Below are positions 1-14,500 of a stretch of DNA of 64,000 nt, one piece after another. The translations under genes and the position numbers were made by a program. The notes below the pieces were generated by a model that saw only the letters and a list, made by a program, of their open reading frames with translations, was not told the origin of the DNA and ran no database searches. How positions within the stretch are numbered: position 1 is the stretch's first letter; every line of letters begins with the position of its first letter. This stretch comes from Haliotis cracherodii (taxonomy: Eukaryota): the NCBI RefSeq assembly GCF_022045235.1, contig NW_027266297.1, positions 1,798,001-1,862,000 on the forward strand, given 5' to 3'.

Positions 1-399
1 CACTTAAATATAATTCAAATGACATTTTCAGTTGTAGAAAGTAATAAGCAGTGTTAAATGTACTGCTAACAGCTTCAGTAGAAGAGCCATCAGTGATGTC
101 ATTTGATTGTGACGTCATGGTAACCAATGACGTCACAATGGTCTGCATAGCATTGTGATGCAATTTCATTGCAGCGACATCTACAGTATAGATATCGCTT
201 GATCTCACCAAAGCGATATCTCCTGTAGGAGCCAGCTTTGGATGATAAATTCAGGAACACTAATCAGTGCATTAGAATACCACTAGAAAACATAACAAGG
301 TGTCCCAATAGGGTGATTTATGCACACTAAGCCAGCACGACGTCATCACCTACACTCAGTTCAATTCAATGGTTTATTGTATGAAAGGCCATTGGCCAA

Positions 400-2330
400 T
401 ATACATGTGAATTACATAGACATACAGTTATATTAACAAACATTGTAGTATACAGAGTATCAAGACAACAACAACTGACGTAACACAAAAGCATGATGAA
501 TGTATAAAGATACTTGTCGTTGAACGCAAAACCTTTTACTCGACAGCAGACATTCAAGATATCTGTAGATATAAATGAAAATGTCCAGACGGGTAGATAT
601 TTCATTTTACTTTTCAATATTTAAATATCTTCCTCTATCTACTTTTAAATCATTCAGACCAAGTCTAAAACGTATAAGGTATTGCGGAGGTATTTAAATC
701 GTAAATTTGAAAGATACGACTCAGGTTCAAGGAGAGACATAATATTACAATATGTTTCGTATCTCGAACATCCTGAAAGTGTAGAATGCCAATCCCGTCC
801 GAACATATCTATATCACGAGTACGAAATTATTGTAAAAACATATTTATGTCACCAATAGATTGTGAGATCTGTATTAATCCAAAGCCATATTTAAAAGAG
901 TTAAGCGTATACGGGAACCCTATGTGTTCTTCACAATATTATCAAGATATACCAGCACATTATAGAATTTCTTTGGCAAACGATGTTCAGGCATGCATAA
1001 TAACTTCAGCCAACAGCGTAGGCATCGAGTGTAAGATGCTATATAAAGTGGGAACCTCCCACATTCACCATAAACCATATTACTGGGAGTTGACATGCCC
1101 ACATTAAGAAATCTTTTACAGGCGAACAGGTGAACCTTTTCCATTGAATAAAACTCTCCACAGCCAAATATTTGTGCCCCATACAATAAGATCGGCTGTA
1201 TTTGACAATCAAACAGTTTAAAGGAAATGTGAGGTGCAACACACCAAGTTTTTTCTCAACAGACTGCAATTTAAAGAAAGCTTTCATTGCTCTTGTTGAT
1301 AAATTTTACACCGATTTACTTAACCTTAATGTACTTGTGAAAAATATTCCAAGGTATGTTTATACTCCGGCGATATACATATATTCACCTTTATATGTCT
1401 CTTTTTCTTCAATGCAGTAGGCCCCCCTTTTCTAAAAAATCACAATATTTGTCTTATCTAAGTTTACTTCAAGTTTCCATTTATCCGAGTGGACTGGCAG
1501 AATATCCAGTTGGTTCTCTAATCCTGATATGGTACTTTACATAATACTTACATCATCCGCTAACAGCAAAATCAACAGTTCTATTATGTCAGGAAATAGT
1601 TGGACTCCATGTTCTCCAGAAAGTAAAATTTAATCGTGTAGTTCATTGATGAAAAATGTATTGTATACATTTTGCATTCCAAGTTGTGCTTTTGTAAACA
1701 TTTCCACAATCGACGTCTATCCACAGAATCGAATGCCATTTTAGAGTCCACAAAGGCAACATATAATATATGTTTAGTATATGAGAGGTATTTTTAAATG
1801 ACGGCATGCTGAGTTAAAATATGGTCAAATGTGGAAGAGCCTTTCCTGAATCCAGCATGCACGTCGGGTAGCAGGTCCCGCATGATCGACCACTGAATCA
1901 GTCTGTTATTGATAATACTGGTAAATACCTTACCTAAAATACTAGTTATAGAAATACCACGGTAGTTGGCAGGGTTGTTCACATTTCTATGTTTAGAAAT
2001 GGGGATCATTACTGATTTCGTCCATGTGGATGGGAACGTACCCTAATGAAATATTGTATTGAAACTTCTCACAAGAAATGGAATAGAGTTAGGCAGAGAT
2101 TATTTGATCTTTTCCGATATAATTTTTGACGACAACGGCAGATTTTCCAGTCTTAAGGTGGGAAATGGCGTCTTTGATATCTGTAGGCGTGATAAGTGAT
2201 TCCAGAATTAGTATATGTCTACAGACATCTACAGATGAAAATAGATTGTTAAAATAACATTCATTTGCTGATATGTTTGGTTAATGAGTGTTCCGGTTTT
2301 GATATAAACGAATCTTTTTTTCCAAAACTT
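400..2330 (-). mobile_element. Decayed non-LTR retrotransposon (LINE) ORF2, RT and C-terminal region
   Basis: Minus-strand fragments NYRGISITSILGKVFTSIINNRL, HAGFRKGSSTFDHI and YGAQIFG...FACKRFLNV...VYGECGRFPL, typical of LINE RTs; many stops and frameshifts. Boundaries approximate. Confidence 0.8.
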
Positions 2331-2524
2331 GGATCTGCTGTCTAACGTGCAATAGAATTCTGTCAGTCTTCATCTTCTGTCACTCATGTTCATCATTACC
2401 GACCGGATCTGTTTCATATGGCCAACTGAAATACGGCAGTAATGTTGCACATTAATATTTCTCAACCTTCACAAAATCCAAGTCACATGTCTAGTATGTG
2501 TTTCCTTATGTGAGCCACTAGATC

Positions 2525-2576
2525 ATGACGGGGCTGTGTGCTGTGTTGCTGCTGGTTGCCAGTGTTAAGCCTTCCG
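2525..2576 (+). CDS. Gene 1 putative exon 1, signal peptide MTGLCAVLLLVASVKPSG
   Basis: Similar to gene 2 exon 1 (MTVLCGAVLLMAFVSLSAG); phase-1 end matches exon 2; donor G|GTGCAA is weak. Confidence 0.55.
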
Positions 2577-5500
2577 GTGCAACATTTTTGTGATGTTCAT
2601 AGGTGTATTGGCCAGAGGACACAGATATTGTGTTCGCTTGTTACTGAGATTCATGAATGTCTTCTGCAAAAGTCACCGTTGATAATGTAGATAAACTTTT
2701 TAATGATTTTTTTTGTAAGAGTTTGGTTGCATTTTATATATACATGTCCAGTTATTATACAACACAAGATGATTTTATCATGTATATAAATTGGCCAAAG
2801 TGAATCAATTAAACAAGAGATGGGAGGAAGACCAGAATGTGTTAACGATATCCAATTTTGAGCTAACAATTGCCGCACATTAATGTAACGATATAATATT
2901 GATGCAATTCCCATTGTAGGAACTGGAAAGTTGGACTTCTTTCTGGGATTCTATATTTGAATATCAGTTCTTTGAAGAGCAATGGTATCACATTTTACAA
3001 GTCGTTTTTTTCCTTCGGGGAATCCGAGTAAAATCTGTTATTGGTAAATTGTATCCAAACATATATTTTTGTAAAAATCCAAATCATCAGATCCTGCCAG
3101 ATCAGTGTTACCCTGCAACAATCGGAAAAGATATGCGGTGCCGTTTCTGGTCACAATTGAACAATAGCTGCAAGTATCATTGCTGTTATTCCCTTTTTTA
3201 CAAATCTAGAATTAGTAGGTAAAATGTGATGCAAGATGTTATACTGAAACCATTCCAAAGAAGTATCACGTGAACATCTGAAAGGTACATGGCCGTAGAA
3301 AGGCAAGATTTCGCCAAACATATATTTTTATCCAGGATTGCTTCTAATTTTCTACAATGTTGATTACTCTTTAAGCTTTGCTTTTCGAAATTTATATTCT
3401 GTAGTAATACTGTTTCTTTTTTTGTTTTTAATACATGAGATTTATTTAGGTCAGTGGAGTTCAGAATACAGCTAATTTTGATTTAGCTTACAACTCACCT
3501 GTATTTAACTGATACTTATTAGAAAACTTTGACAGGTCAAAACATGTCCTGAAAAATCTAAAATATTATTTCGGTATCAAATTCCCTCTTCATTCAATCT
3601 TGAGAAGTAGATTGTTGTCATTTCGGATATTTCATTGTACCAAATATTTTCGGGTTTTAAACTAGTGCTGAGAGTTTCCGAAGAGTTTGAACTGGCTTTA
3701 AAGTCCCATCAAGCAGAAAGGATATCACTGTAATAGTTGTCTCGTACTAATTGCACAATAACATTCTTTAGATTTTGACAATTTTATTGAAACATTATTT
3801 CGGAACTAAGGCAGATTCTTAGCAACAAGCTGGTCCCACTTCGCAGACTGTTTAAAGAATCTCCTTATCTTTGTTCATTTTTTAGACTGTATTATTTCTG
3901 TCAGTTTAGGATCATTGAAGTGACTATTGTTTTAAATGCGAAAACTAGCTGTTCTCTCTTCGTCTTGTTTCCTCCCCCATATACATCCAAAACACTTACG
4001 TTGGAAATCTTCAGTAAGTCTTTTCCCTGCGGAGTTGGAAGAGATGAAAACAAGTGACTGAGTTTTGGAATGAAATGCAATGTTAGAAAAGTGTTTCTGT
4101 TAGGATATGATAAGTTATGAGTTAACCAAATTTGATTACAAGTAATTCATATGTGCTCTGATCCAAGTTCTGTTTCCATTAAGAGAATGTCTTTTTTCTG
4201 ACCTGCACATATAATTATTGTTTTATCTATATTTACTGTTATATCGGAGAGTCTAACAAAATAATTAGCACTTTCACAAGTGGTCGCATGTTCTCAATCA
4301 TCTAAAGTATAGGTTGTGTCGCCTGCAAACTGATGTAAGAGATATTCTACGTTACCGATGTTTATTCCTTTTCATAATAGCGGGACAATATACCTTTATG
4401 ATACTCATTTAATCCTATGAGAAATAATAAATGATGAAACTTAGTAAACTGCAGACAGCAATGAGATAGGACGCGTACGCCATCTTCAAAAAAATATTGT
4501 TTCGGTTATTGCCTTTTTGATTAAATTAAACCAATTTTTTTAGTTACAGTTAACTTGCTATCTACATAGGTTTGAATTAAAGAGCGGATTAGAAATGTTC
4601 TTAAGTCATTCCAATAAGAACTTCAGAAACTCGTTAGTAAATCAACCAGTGCCTAGACTTTTCTAATTGTTTAAACACTTCAGACCCCTTACAATTTCTT
4701 CATATGCGTAATCACCTTCAAGTTGTGATGCTTGCTCATCACGTATTTTTTTGAACATCTTAAACTCCATCATCCAATCCTTGGTTGATATGCTAGTAGC
4801 ACACGGACAAAGTAATTGTCTTAAACGACAAACAACAAGAAACCCAGCGCTAGTGCCATATGGGCTGGAAAAGGAAAACAAACGATTCCTCTTGGGGGCA
4901 AAGGTCATTTAATAATGACAAATGTTTAATCGAAACATAAAACCTCCAAACCCCCCAAGAGGAATAACCTGGTGAAAGTTCTGTGGTTTAACTTAGTTCA
5001 CTATCCCTGCACTGAGAGATTGAGCATACACTGTAACATAGCGCTCATATGCATTGGAGCGCCAATCACCACGTAGCTTTATAAGCAAGGGTGGAATGCC
5101 AATGTCAAATGCATAGGAACATCCGCCTCTGCGGAAAGAGTGACCGCTGTATGCACCAGAATCATAACCACATTTGTCCAGATAATATTTCAATGTTTTA
5201 ACAAAACTTCTGTAAGTTAAACTCTTGAGGACTCCACTTCTGTCCACATATGAAAACAAAGGTGCATTTGAATGTTGAAGTTCTTCACTATATTGTGAAA
5301 GCAAATGTTCAAGTGCTTTAACAGGACAAAGCACAGAGTCGGGTTCCCTAGCCAGCGGTAACTTTAACACTCGCTGACCAAACTGTATAGTTTTTGTGTG
5401 TCTGACAGTAATCATGGCACTATCTTTGTCAGGGGAAATCTTGGCATCGTGCAGACTCAAGTAGGTCTGCTTTCTTGAACCACTGCCTCTAGTTTCAGGG

Positions 5501-8500
5501 AGCATGGTAGATTTCCTCAAGAAACAGAAAAACGCAATGATGCAGGCTGCCCAAAAAGCTACCAGGAATGGTTCTGACATGTCCATATGACTGTGCATCC
5601 GCCTTAGTATATCTGGTTTTATAGGAAGTTTTTGTTTCGTTGGTGTACCTTTTAGTCTTAAGATACCTTTGTGCAGGGCCTTTTGTTCCCATGTCTCCAA
5701 GGGGTTTGGTAACCCCACCTCAAGATGAAGCAGGCGAATGATATTCATATATCCTGGAATACTAGTTGCTGAAAGGGATCTTGTTAGGAACACTCTGTAA
5801 AGCAGTACTGTCATGCGGTCGGCTGGAACTGGTGTCCTACTAAAGTACAAACAGAATCTCAGATATGCAGTTTTCATTGAGGAATATGTGCGCTTAGTAG
5901 TTTCGGCATATGTTGCCCGTCGAAACTGCTGCATCTCGCTATATAGGTGTCGCCACTGTTGAGCCACTTGCCCTGTAGATAGGACAAAGTTAGTTTGGAT
6001 ACGTGTGAGGATGCTGGCACTAGAATATACTTCCTGTAACAAGTTTCACAACACAACCAATAGAACGGAATAAACTGTATTGATATATAAAGAAATGTAA
6101 CATTGTGCAACCTGCTCAGAGAGTCAGCTGCAAGGTTATCTTTGCCTGGGATATATCTGGCTGAAAATTTAAAGTTATACACAGCAGAAAACCAGAATAT
6201 CTTGCGCAGCCAACGCATGGCTAATCGGTCACGACTAGTACCTTTGTTAAGGGTATGCATAGTATAAGTATTGTCTGTGTAGACAATGATATGTTTGTCT
6301 GTCCAGGTTACACACCAGCGTTTGACTGCTAAATACACAGTGAACAACTCTTTCACATTGATGTGTAAATGTTCAACAAATGGGAAGTCTGTATGCCAAT
6401 TATAATAGACCCAGTCAGGGCCGAAACATGCTGCGCCACCATCACTGCAGGCATCCGTGGAGAACTTTGCTGCGGGCACCGGTTCATTTTCAATAAATTT
6501 CACAGTACCATTAAAACATTCACAAAATTCATGCCACCACTTGATATCAGCCTTTGCGCATACATTCAGCCTGGTATGGTGATTGGGTTTTTTAAGGGTA
6601 TTACATAAGTCAATTAATCTGCGCATAAATGTGCGCCCTCCATGAACTACCTGTGCTGCCCAATTCAATTTACCTACAATTTCCTGAAGTTGACGCTTTG
6701 TTGCTTTCTTTTTCGTCACCCACTTCCCTAATATGTGCTTCAAGTCAAGCAATTTATCCGCAGGTAAGGATAAGGTACAGGTAGTAGAGTCAATCTCTAT
6801 CCCTAGGAAAGTCAGTTTCTGAGTAGGTTCAACCGTTTTGCTTTCATTTATAGCAAAACCTAGATCGGTCAATAATCTTCTCAATGTCCTGAAGGCTTTC
6901 CAACACTCAGAGTTTGTTTTTGCAATGCATAGAAAATCATCAAGGTATACAACTACCACAAAACCTCTGCGCCTTAACATTCTACGAACAGATGACGACA
7001 AACGGCTAAATATCTCAGGGCTCTTGGAAGCTCCAAATGGGAGCTTTGTGTCAATCATGTAGACTGGAAGTCTTGAGTTTTTGAACTGCCACAGCAGGCC
7101 GGTAGCTTCATAGCAGTCAGGATGTAACGGCACCACACGGTAAGCATTTTTCAGATCCAGTTTTGCCATGTATCCACCCCTCGGCAGAAGTTTGATTGCT
7201 TCGTCAATGGTTTGATATTTAAAAGATTGTGTCGTTGCATAATCATTGAGGCTGAGATCACATGGTCTAGAGCAATCATGAATTAAGCGTACCTTCCCAG
7301 TGCCTTTTGGTATTGCTCCCAAGCTACTAACAAGCTTTGGTTTTCTGTCTACAATAACATAATTGCCTCGGCTGATTTCCTCTGAAATTTGGTCTTCAAC
7401 AACTGTTCGTACAGACTCATCTGTGGCAGACTTGTAGTTTTTACAAAGAACATCACTAATTGTTACATTTTTTTCAATAATCCAGAAACCATTTTTGATC
7501 CCATCAATCAAAAACTCACAATCACTGTCCTCTTCTAATTCCCTTTCCCACACGTTAGTACAATTCCCTATTGGGCTGGAGACTTTATTGTTTATAGGTA
7601 CGAAACCGTGGTGGGATATCCTGGTGTTCAAACTGGGGATGCCTTTGCTTGCAGCCTGGTACTATACATGTGTGTGCATACTTGCAGTTTGGGAACTTAC
7701 AACCCGAGGGGTGCTGGTAATTAATGCAAATGGATCTGCCTGACTCATCTGTTGGACGATTGTCACTCTGAGAGCTGGAATGGGCATTCTGAAATGAGTT
7801 TGCTTTTCGGGGTTGGAATGTTCTCTTTTCTAAAAAGTAGAATAGGTCATGGAACGATATTTCACTCCAGCCGCACTGGGTCTGTGCTTGTCTCAATCTG
7901 TGTGCGTTGTCAAGAAGCATAACTGAAGGGATAGTATATGTTTGACAGAGATCCCCAATTTGAGCTGAGTATTCCAGATAGTCCTTAATTTCATCAATAC
8001 CTGCTTTCCTGTGGTCGATCAATTTTGACAAAATACGGACATTGGCTGAAACCCACTGTGATAATGGCACATGTTCTGGAAGGGGTTTCCCCCTCGACGA
8101 CCTTAGATACAGCTGTGCTGACCCATCACCTACTATAGGCGTCTCTTCGCTGGTCATTGATGACCTGGGCTTAGATACAAAGTCAGGAATTAGAAGTGGT
8201 TTCTCACCTCGTCCCTGTAGTGAAGCATTTCCGGGTTGTCCCATGTCTAACGATGTGGTGTGGTCTAGGAAGTCTTTGAGGTGTACATCCGACAAGCTGT
8301 TTACAAGGTCACTCAACTGTTTGTCACCCGCAAGTGTTTTTGTTGTGACAGGCGACGGCAGCGACTGTACTGGTTGCGGCGATTTCAATTGTTTTATTGC
8401 TTGAATTAGGATGTTCCACTGACCTACGGACAATCTTAGTTCAGTAATGTCATCTAGTGACATCAAGCACAACGCATCTGGACTATCAATGTCTTCGTCA

Positions 8501-11500
8501 TTCAAAATTTGTGCGGTCTTACTGTTCAGATGGCTGTCACTGCACCATTGTCGAAAGTCGAACTGACTTGGCTGTTCGTTTCCTTCGCCTTTATTATTCA
8601 CAGACATTCTTCTTTGAGTGAATTTAAACAAACAGACTGAGAAAAATCACCTGCACAACGTGTAGTTTGCAAGTTACGTTTGGCGCCTGTGACGTGTCCC
8701 TTGCAACAATAAAAAACAAATACCGCTTACAGCATAATCAGCCACTGACAGTCTGGATTGTCTCCCCTTGACTGTTAAATAAATGGACAGTAAATCAGAT
8801 GCCATGGCATTGCCGTTTAAATTAAAATAAACTAAGGTTTATTTCTCACATAACATTGTAATAGTGACTCAATGTCAACATCATAAATGGCTTGTTTACC
8901 CTACAGACTGAGAAGGAAAGAGCGGCCATTTTCACCGGTTTATCAAGTTAATCTCCATGTGATGCTTCGATACGAGTAAAGGATTTATTAAGGACATTTC
9001 TAGATTCGAGTCCCCAAAACAGCAAATTCTGCTTTTCACCTTTTTCAATCAATCTGATATGAAGAAATGCGGCCTGTCGTGCTCGAGTCATCGGCGGTGG
9101 GATGGCTCTGCTTTTCAGCCTGGTCAGACACTCTGACATGCACCTCGTCAGAGGCGCCAAAGTTTGTTGAATATTGATATTTTACGAATTACGTAGTATG
9201 TTGAAGGTTCCTTGTAGTAATTTGCTGAGTGGATATTGGCATGGTAAATATGTTGAAATGTCGGCAGTGTACATATTTTGCGATCTGGGCATTGCATATT
9301 TTGATATGTGCAGTGATGAAGGCGGTGTACATTGGTTGTGCTATGGACAGCGAACGGTACTTAAGAGAACCTCATTTCAGCTATAAGTATTGGCTAACTA
9401 TGAACGTTCCATCACGTTTTGCCAGTACCTGCAAATCTGAACAACGTTAAATCCTGAAAGTATTGTATTTTTAATTCCACTTCAAATACCTTCTATGAAT
9501 ATATAGAAAGTCATTCATTGATTGCATTAAGAATTAGGGTTACTGGACAATTTATGGAGGTTTTGAATCCAGTAAAATAAATGAGGAATGAACATGTCTT
9601 AAGATTTTAGAGTCAAGTAAAAAGTTAATTGTTCTGTTGAGTTGAAGATCTGGGAAGAGAATAGCTCTTCAGCAACCAATGCTTGCCGTAAGAGTCGACT
9701 ATGCTTGACGGGAACGGGTGGTCAGGTTCACTAACCTTGTTGATGCATGTCATTGTATCCCAAATGAGTGATCGATGCTAATTATGTCAGTCACTGGATG
9801 GTCTGGTCCAAATCGATTATTTACAGACCACCGTCATATACCTGGGATATTGCTGGGTGCGGCGTTAAACAATAAAAAAAAACAAATAAACAAATTGATG
9901 AGTGGTTTTGGCAGATTTCTTTCTCAGTTAGCACCTACATTATATGTGACATTCTTTGATAAAACAATGAATGTAGTGATGCTTGCTAGGGTGATGCTAT
10001 TTGAGACCTTGTCGGTGAGAACAACAACAACATTTTCTTGTAGGGCTGCTTTACTTTGGATGACAGCTGGCTGGATCAGAATGGTTTATCCAATTCCGTT
10101 TCCTCTTGTTCAGTTTGTACATTCTACCAATGACATCATCACGCACTTAACCTACTCTGAAAGACATTCAACATGTTCCTCTTCTCTTTTTGCACATTTG
10201 TTTTGCATATGCTTCGACAACATCCATAATGAGTTTAATGTTGGTATTAGACTGTTCATAATATTTTGTCCATATTTGAATAATTGACAAAGGTTGTTAT
10301 TGTCTACAGATAAGTGAACTGTGACGTACAGGGTGGTACCAGTATTACAAGAGTTTGCTACTCACGTGGCTATATCCCCCGCCCCTGTTGCAGAATTTAT
10401 GACATAATTAAATCTAAACAAACCCTAACCTTTTTTAACCGAGGCAGAACTTTTCATGGAAATTTTAGAAAAAAGATGAGTTCCACCTTGTATGATAAAA
10501 TTTTTGAACGGTTTATGAGTTATTCTCCGGAAACGAACCCAACCCTCACAGAATCTAAGTCCATCTTGTTGCCATGGAAACGTAAAAAATAAAAATTTCT
10601 AAAATGTCTCAATAGCAAAAGGTTCCAATTCAGCATGTACCTGACAGACCTGCAAAGTTTGATGAAAAAATATTGAACGGTTTATGAGTTATGCTCCGGA
10701 AACGAACCCTACCCTCACAGAACCTAAGTCCACCTTGTTGCCATGGAAACGTAATACATGAAAATTTCTAAAATTTCTCAATAGCAAAAGGCACCAGTTC
10801 AGCATGTACCTGACAGACCTGCAAAGTTTGATGAAAAGTATACAGTTTATGAGTTATGCTCCGGAAAACGAAACATGGCGGACAGACGGAAGGACGGACG
10901 GACGGAGCCCGTTTCTACATCCCCCGCCATCTTCTTTGGGCGGGGGATAATAAGTCTTTGCAGCCACAACTAGTGGAATTTACATCATGGGCTTCCAAGT
11001 CCATGTTCTGCAACACGTAACTGAATAAAATGGATGAAATGGTGTTCGTACAGGAAAATGATTGCACATGGTTAAATGGAATACGAAATATCGTGCGACA
11101 TTTTTGGAAACTGATTTCTGAGAATACTTCGTAGATTTAAGGCAATGTCTAGAACTATACTTTCTCGTCAATACCGTAGGCTCTTACTATGTGTACACCC
11201 ATTCATCAGCACAAGTTGTTGGAGTTATCAATATCTTTCTTTGACAAAGAGGATAGTTCTATTCTATTCTTAACCAATGGTTCCTGAAAGAGTGACAACA
11301 AATCTTCAAAGTGAATATTATCATTTGTCCTTAGTCCGTTGTAACCATGTCTGCCTTCAACGTCCTTGGGATGCTGGAAACAGACACAACATATGACAAC
11401 ATGACTCATATGCGTTTTTACAAAGTATCAGGAGAGGCTCATAACGTCAACAAATAGATTTAGGCCTTTATTAACTTCTATAGGTGCCAGGGAGAATGTC

Positions 11501-14500
11501 GCCCTGAACAAACCAGCATGGATGAGTACAACACGCCGATCTTCACAGCCTGCCAGTAAAGCTGTAGATGGAGTGATTTCTGCAACAGAGGAGAAGTACT
11601 CAGCCCACACCAAGGAGCATGAACCTAAGGCCTGGTGGAAGGTAGACTTACAGATAGATGTGCAGTCAGCACTGATTAAAATCTACTTCAGAAGAGATTG
11701 TAAGTATGACAAGTCTTTGTCATAAATACTTATTAATTGAAAGACATGTCATTACTTCGTTCATTTGTTTAAAATTTAAAATACGTGACATGTATAATTT
11801 GCAATATTAACATCGCTTTTTTTTCAAAAACACCGTATAACATGCATGTATTAATCCCTGTCTCTGGATAATTTAATGATTGTTTGAACAATATTTTCAT
11901 CTTAATTCCTTTGCATACAATTGTAATGTCTTTTTCACATAATGGTCACCTTAATTAATACAGTAATCTCAATGTACCAACGATACACTTTTTAAATGAA
12001 CAACATTTTATACGACTCCGATTTTCAATTTCTCAATTTCTTAATTATAACCACATTTAAACACCTGAAGTACCTTCTGTACAATATTTTCCTGCATAAC
12101 ATAATTGTTGGAAGAGTTATTTCTTTGTTGGATATTTAACTTCACTCACAGCAATATTCCAACTATATGAGGATGACCTGTAAATAATTAATCAGGACTG
12201 GTATTATGGGTTGCATACCATTCATCAGTATCCAATTGCTCACAATCAACAAATTAACATGATTCATTAGGTCCCTGTTTACGTTCAGGTTGCTTGGGAA
12301 CTATTCAGCCTGAAACCAGTACGAGGTTATTTTACCGGACGATCATAAACACGACCGTTAAGTTTGATATGAAGACTAAATATAAATATTTGACACAGGA
12401 ATATGCACATATTTTAAAAACATTTTTAGAAATTCTGAGTAGGAATTTAATTTGGTATACAATTAACATGGCATAAATGTTAAGATTATGACAATTCAAG
12501 ACTTTATAGTTAAGAACACAATGGGAAGTCAGAGTGGAAAGCTTTTCTTGGTTAACAATTAACAAGATGACAAAACAGTTAACATTGTGACAATGTCAGA
12601 CTTTATTGTTAACAACGCATTTATTTCAGTTACCGCTCGACGGAACGGACTTCAACTCTACACCTCGGAAATGAATTCATCTGATCCAAAAGGGGGAGAG
12701 CTTTGCCACTCAGTTACTGCACCTTGTGACTGCACAGGCATCCCTCATGTCCTTAATGTGACCTGTCGTGGAACCTGGCGTTTCCTGACTGTCTACACCG
12801 AGACGAGTTATGCTGGACAAGGTGCTGTGTTAGACTTTGTTGAAGTACAGGTGTTGAGTAAGTATTGTTCTGACACAATCATTGCAGATAGAAGTAAACG
12901 GTACGATTTGTTCAATTTCTTTAATATTTCTGAAACAGTTTGTACAAATCACTGTTAACAATATCTGTGTCGTCCTTTTATCAATCGAAATTGATCGAAA
13001 TATGAACTATATCGTTCAGAGGCGATTTTAACAGAAGACCATTTTATTGCAAAACTGACCTATTCAAATAGTACAATTGTAATTACATTCAAGTATCAAT
13101 AGTGTATTCGAGCAACACGTTACAATGTCATTCTTTATTGATCATGCAGCCTTTAATTGTGTTATGTTATTTTATAATGCGAATTGATGTAGAAACTGAA
13201 ACAGAATATAACCTACAACTAGTTAAAGAAGGAGTGGATGAAATAAGACTGGAAACGAGAATATTCCATTTAGGAATATAGAAAATTACTAAATACATTG
13301 AAATCTACAATGTCACTAAAACCCTCATTCCTGCGCATGTTTCTGTGATTTGTTCTTTTCCTGTTTCTGTTTGTATTCATTTGTAGACATTTGTATTTGT
13401 CTCAATCCCACAGCATGTCCCACTGGTGATTATGGCCCCGACTGTATCAGGAACTGCAGCTCCCGACATTGCAAGACGCCATCCCCTACATGCGGCTCAA
13501 TCAGTGGAGACTGTCCAGCTGATGGCTGTCAGGATGGATGGACGGGGACGGACTGCACTACCGGTAACAACTTTAGTCCAATTGTTTTGAATTTGCCAAT
13601 CCGAGCAGAAATTCCTACTCATTTGCAGAAAGAAACGGACAGGCAAGAAGGGGGAAAACAATATGTTGCCATCTGCTTCTCACGTAATAATTGACCCTTT
13701 ACACATTTTTCACCGAAAATAAATCTCAATGCAAAATTCGACTTTCCGTCTCGAGGTGTACATTCAAGTCGTAAAATCCCGTCCACCTCGCTTGTGAGTG
13801 AGTTTATTTAGTCACATCGTCAGTATCTCAGCCATATCGTGACTACCTCGCTTGTGACAGATTGAATGAATGAACTCAAATGCGGTTTTAATAATGAAAA
13901 GAACATGCTAATTTACGTCATCCAGCTTTCACTCACTCCTACAGGTGCCAGTGTGAATGTCGCCCTGAATAAACCAGCATGGATGAGTACAACACTCCAA
14001 TCTTCACAGCCTGCCAGTAATGCTGTAGATGGAGTGACTACTGCAACACACTACAAGTACTCAGCCCGTACCAAGTATCATCAACATCACGCTTGGTGGA
14101 AGGTGGACCTACAGACACAAGTACAGTCAGCACTGGTTAAAATCTACTTCAGAATAGATTGTATGTATGACACACCCATGTGATGGGAATAAAACCTATT
14201 AAGTATAAACATGCTCTTGCTCTTTTCAGTTTAAAAGTAAACACATTGTTTAAGAAAAGGCATTTGTTATGTGACAGTGTATTGTTTTTGTTGAGATTGG
14301 GTAGTCGCTCGTTGTGTTGTGTTTGGGCCCATATCAGAAGCTTACCCACTGTCACTGCTGGATGAATATATATAGAATACTAAACGAGCTCCCGTGTAAT
14401 ACCAATTTTATGAAACGATTGAATACTTCTGGTATCTGACGAGCAAAAGCGAGTCAGATACCACAACTATTCACGAGTTTCATAAAATTGGTTTTACACG

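Larger units (their letters stand above)
4765..8935 (-). mobile_element. Ngaro/DIRS-type tyrosine-recombinase retrotransposon
   Basis: Three overlapping intact ORFs (gag, RT-RNaseH, YR) and no methyltransferase domain, so Ngaro-like. L1 remnants resume on both sides. Ends approximate. Confidence 0.92.

Noticed and set aside
682-1107. 141-aa plus-strand ORF
   Set aside because: Antisense to a decayed LINE ORF2 on the minus strand; no recognisable domain.
8042-8404. 120-aa plus-strand ORF
   Set aside because: Antisense shadow of gag.
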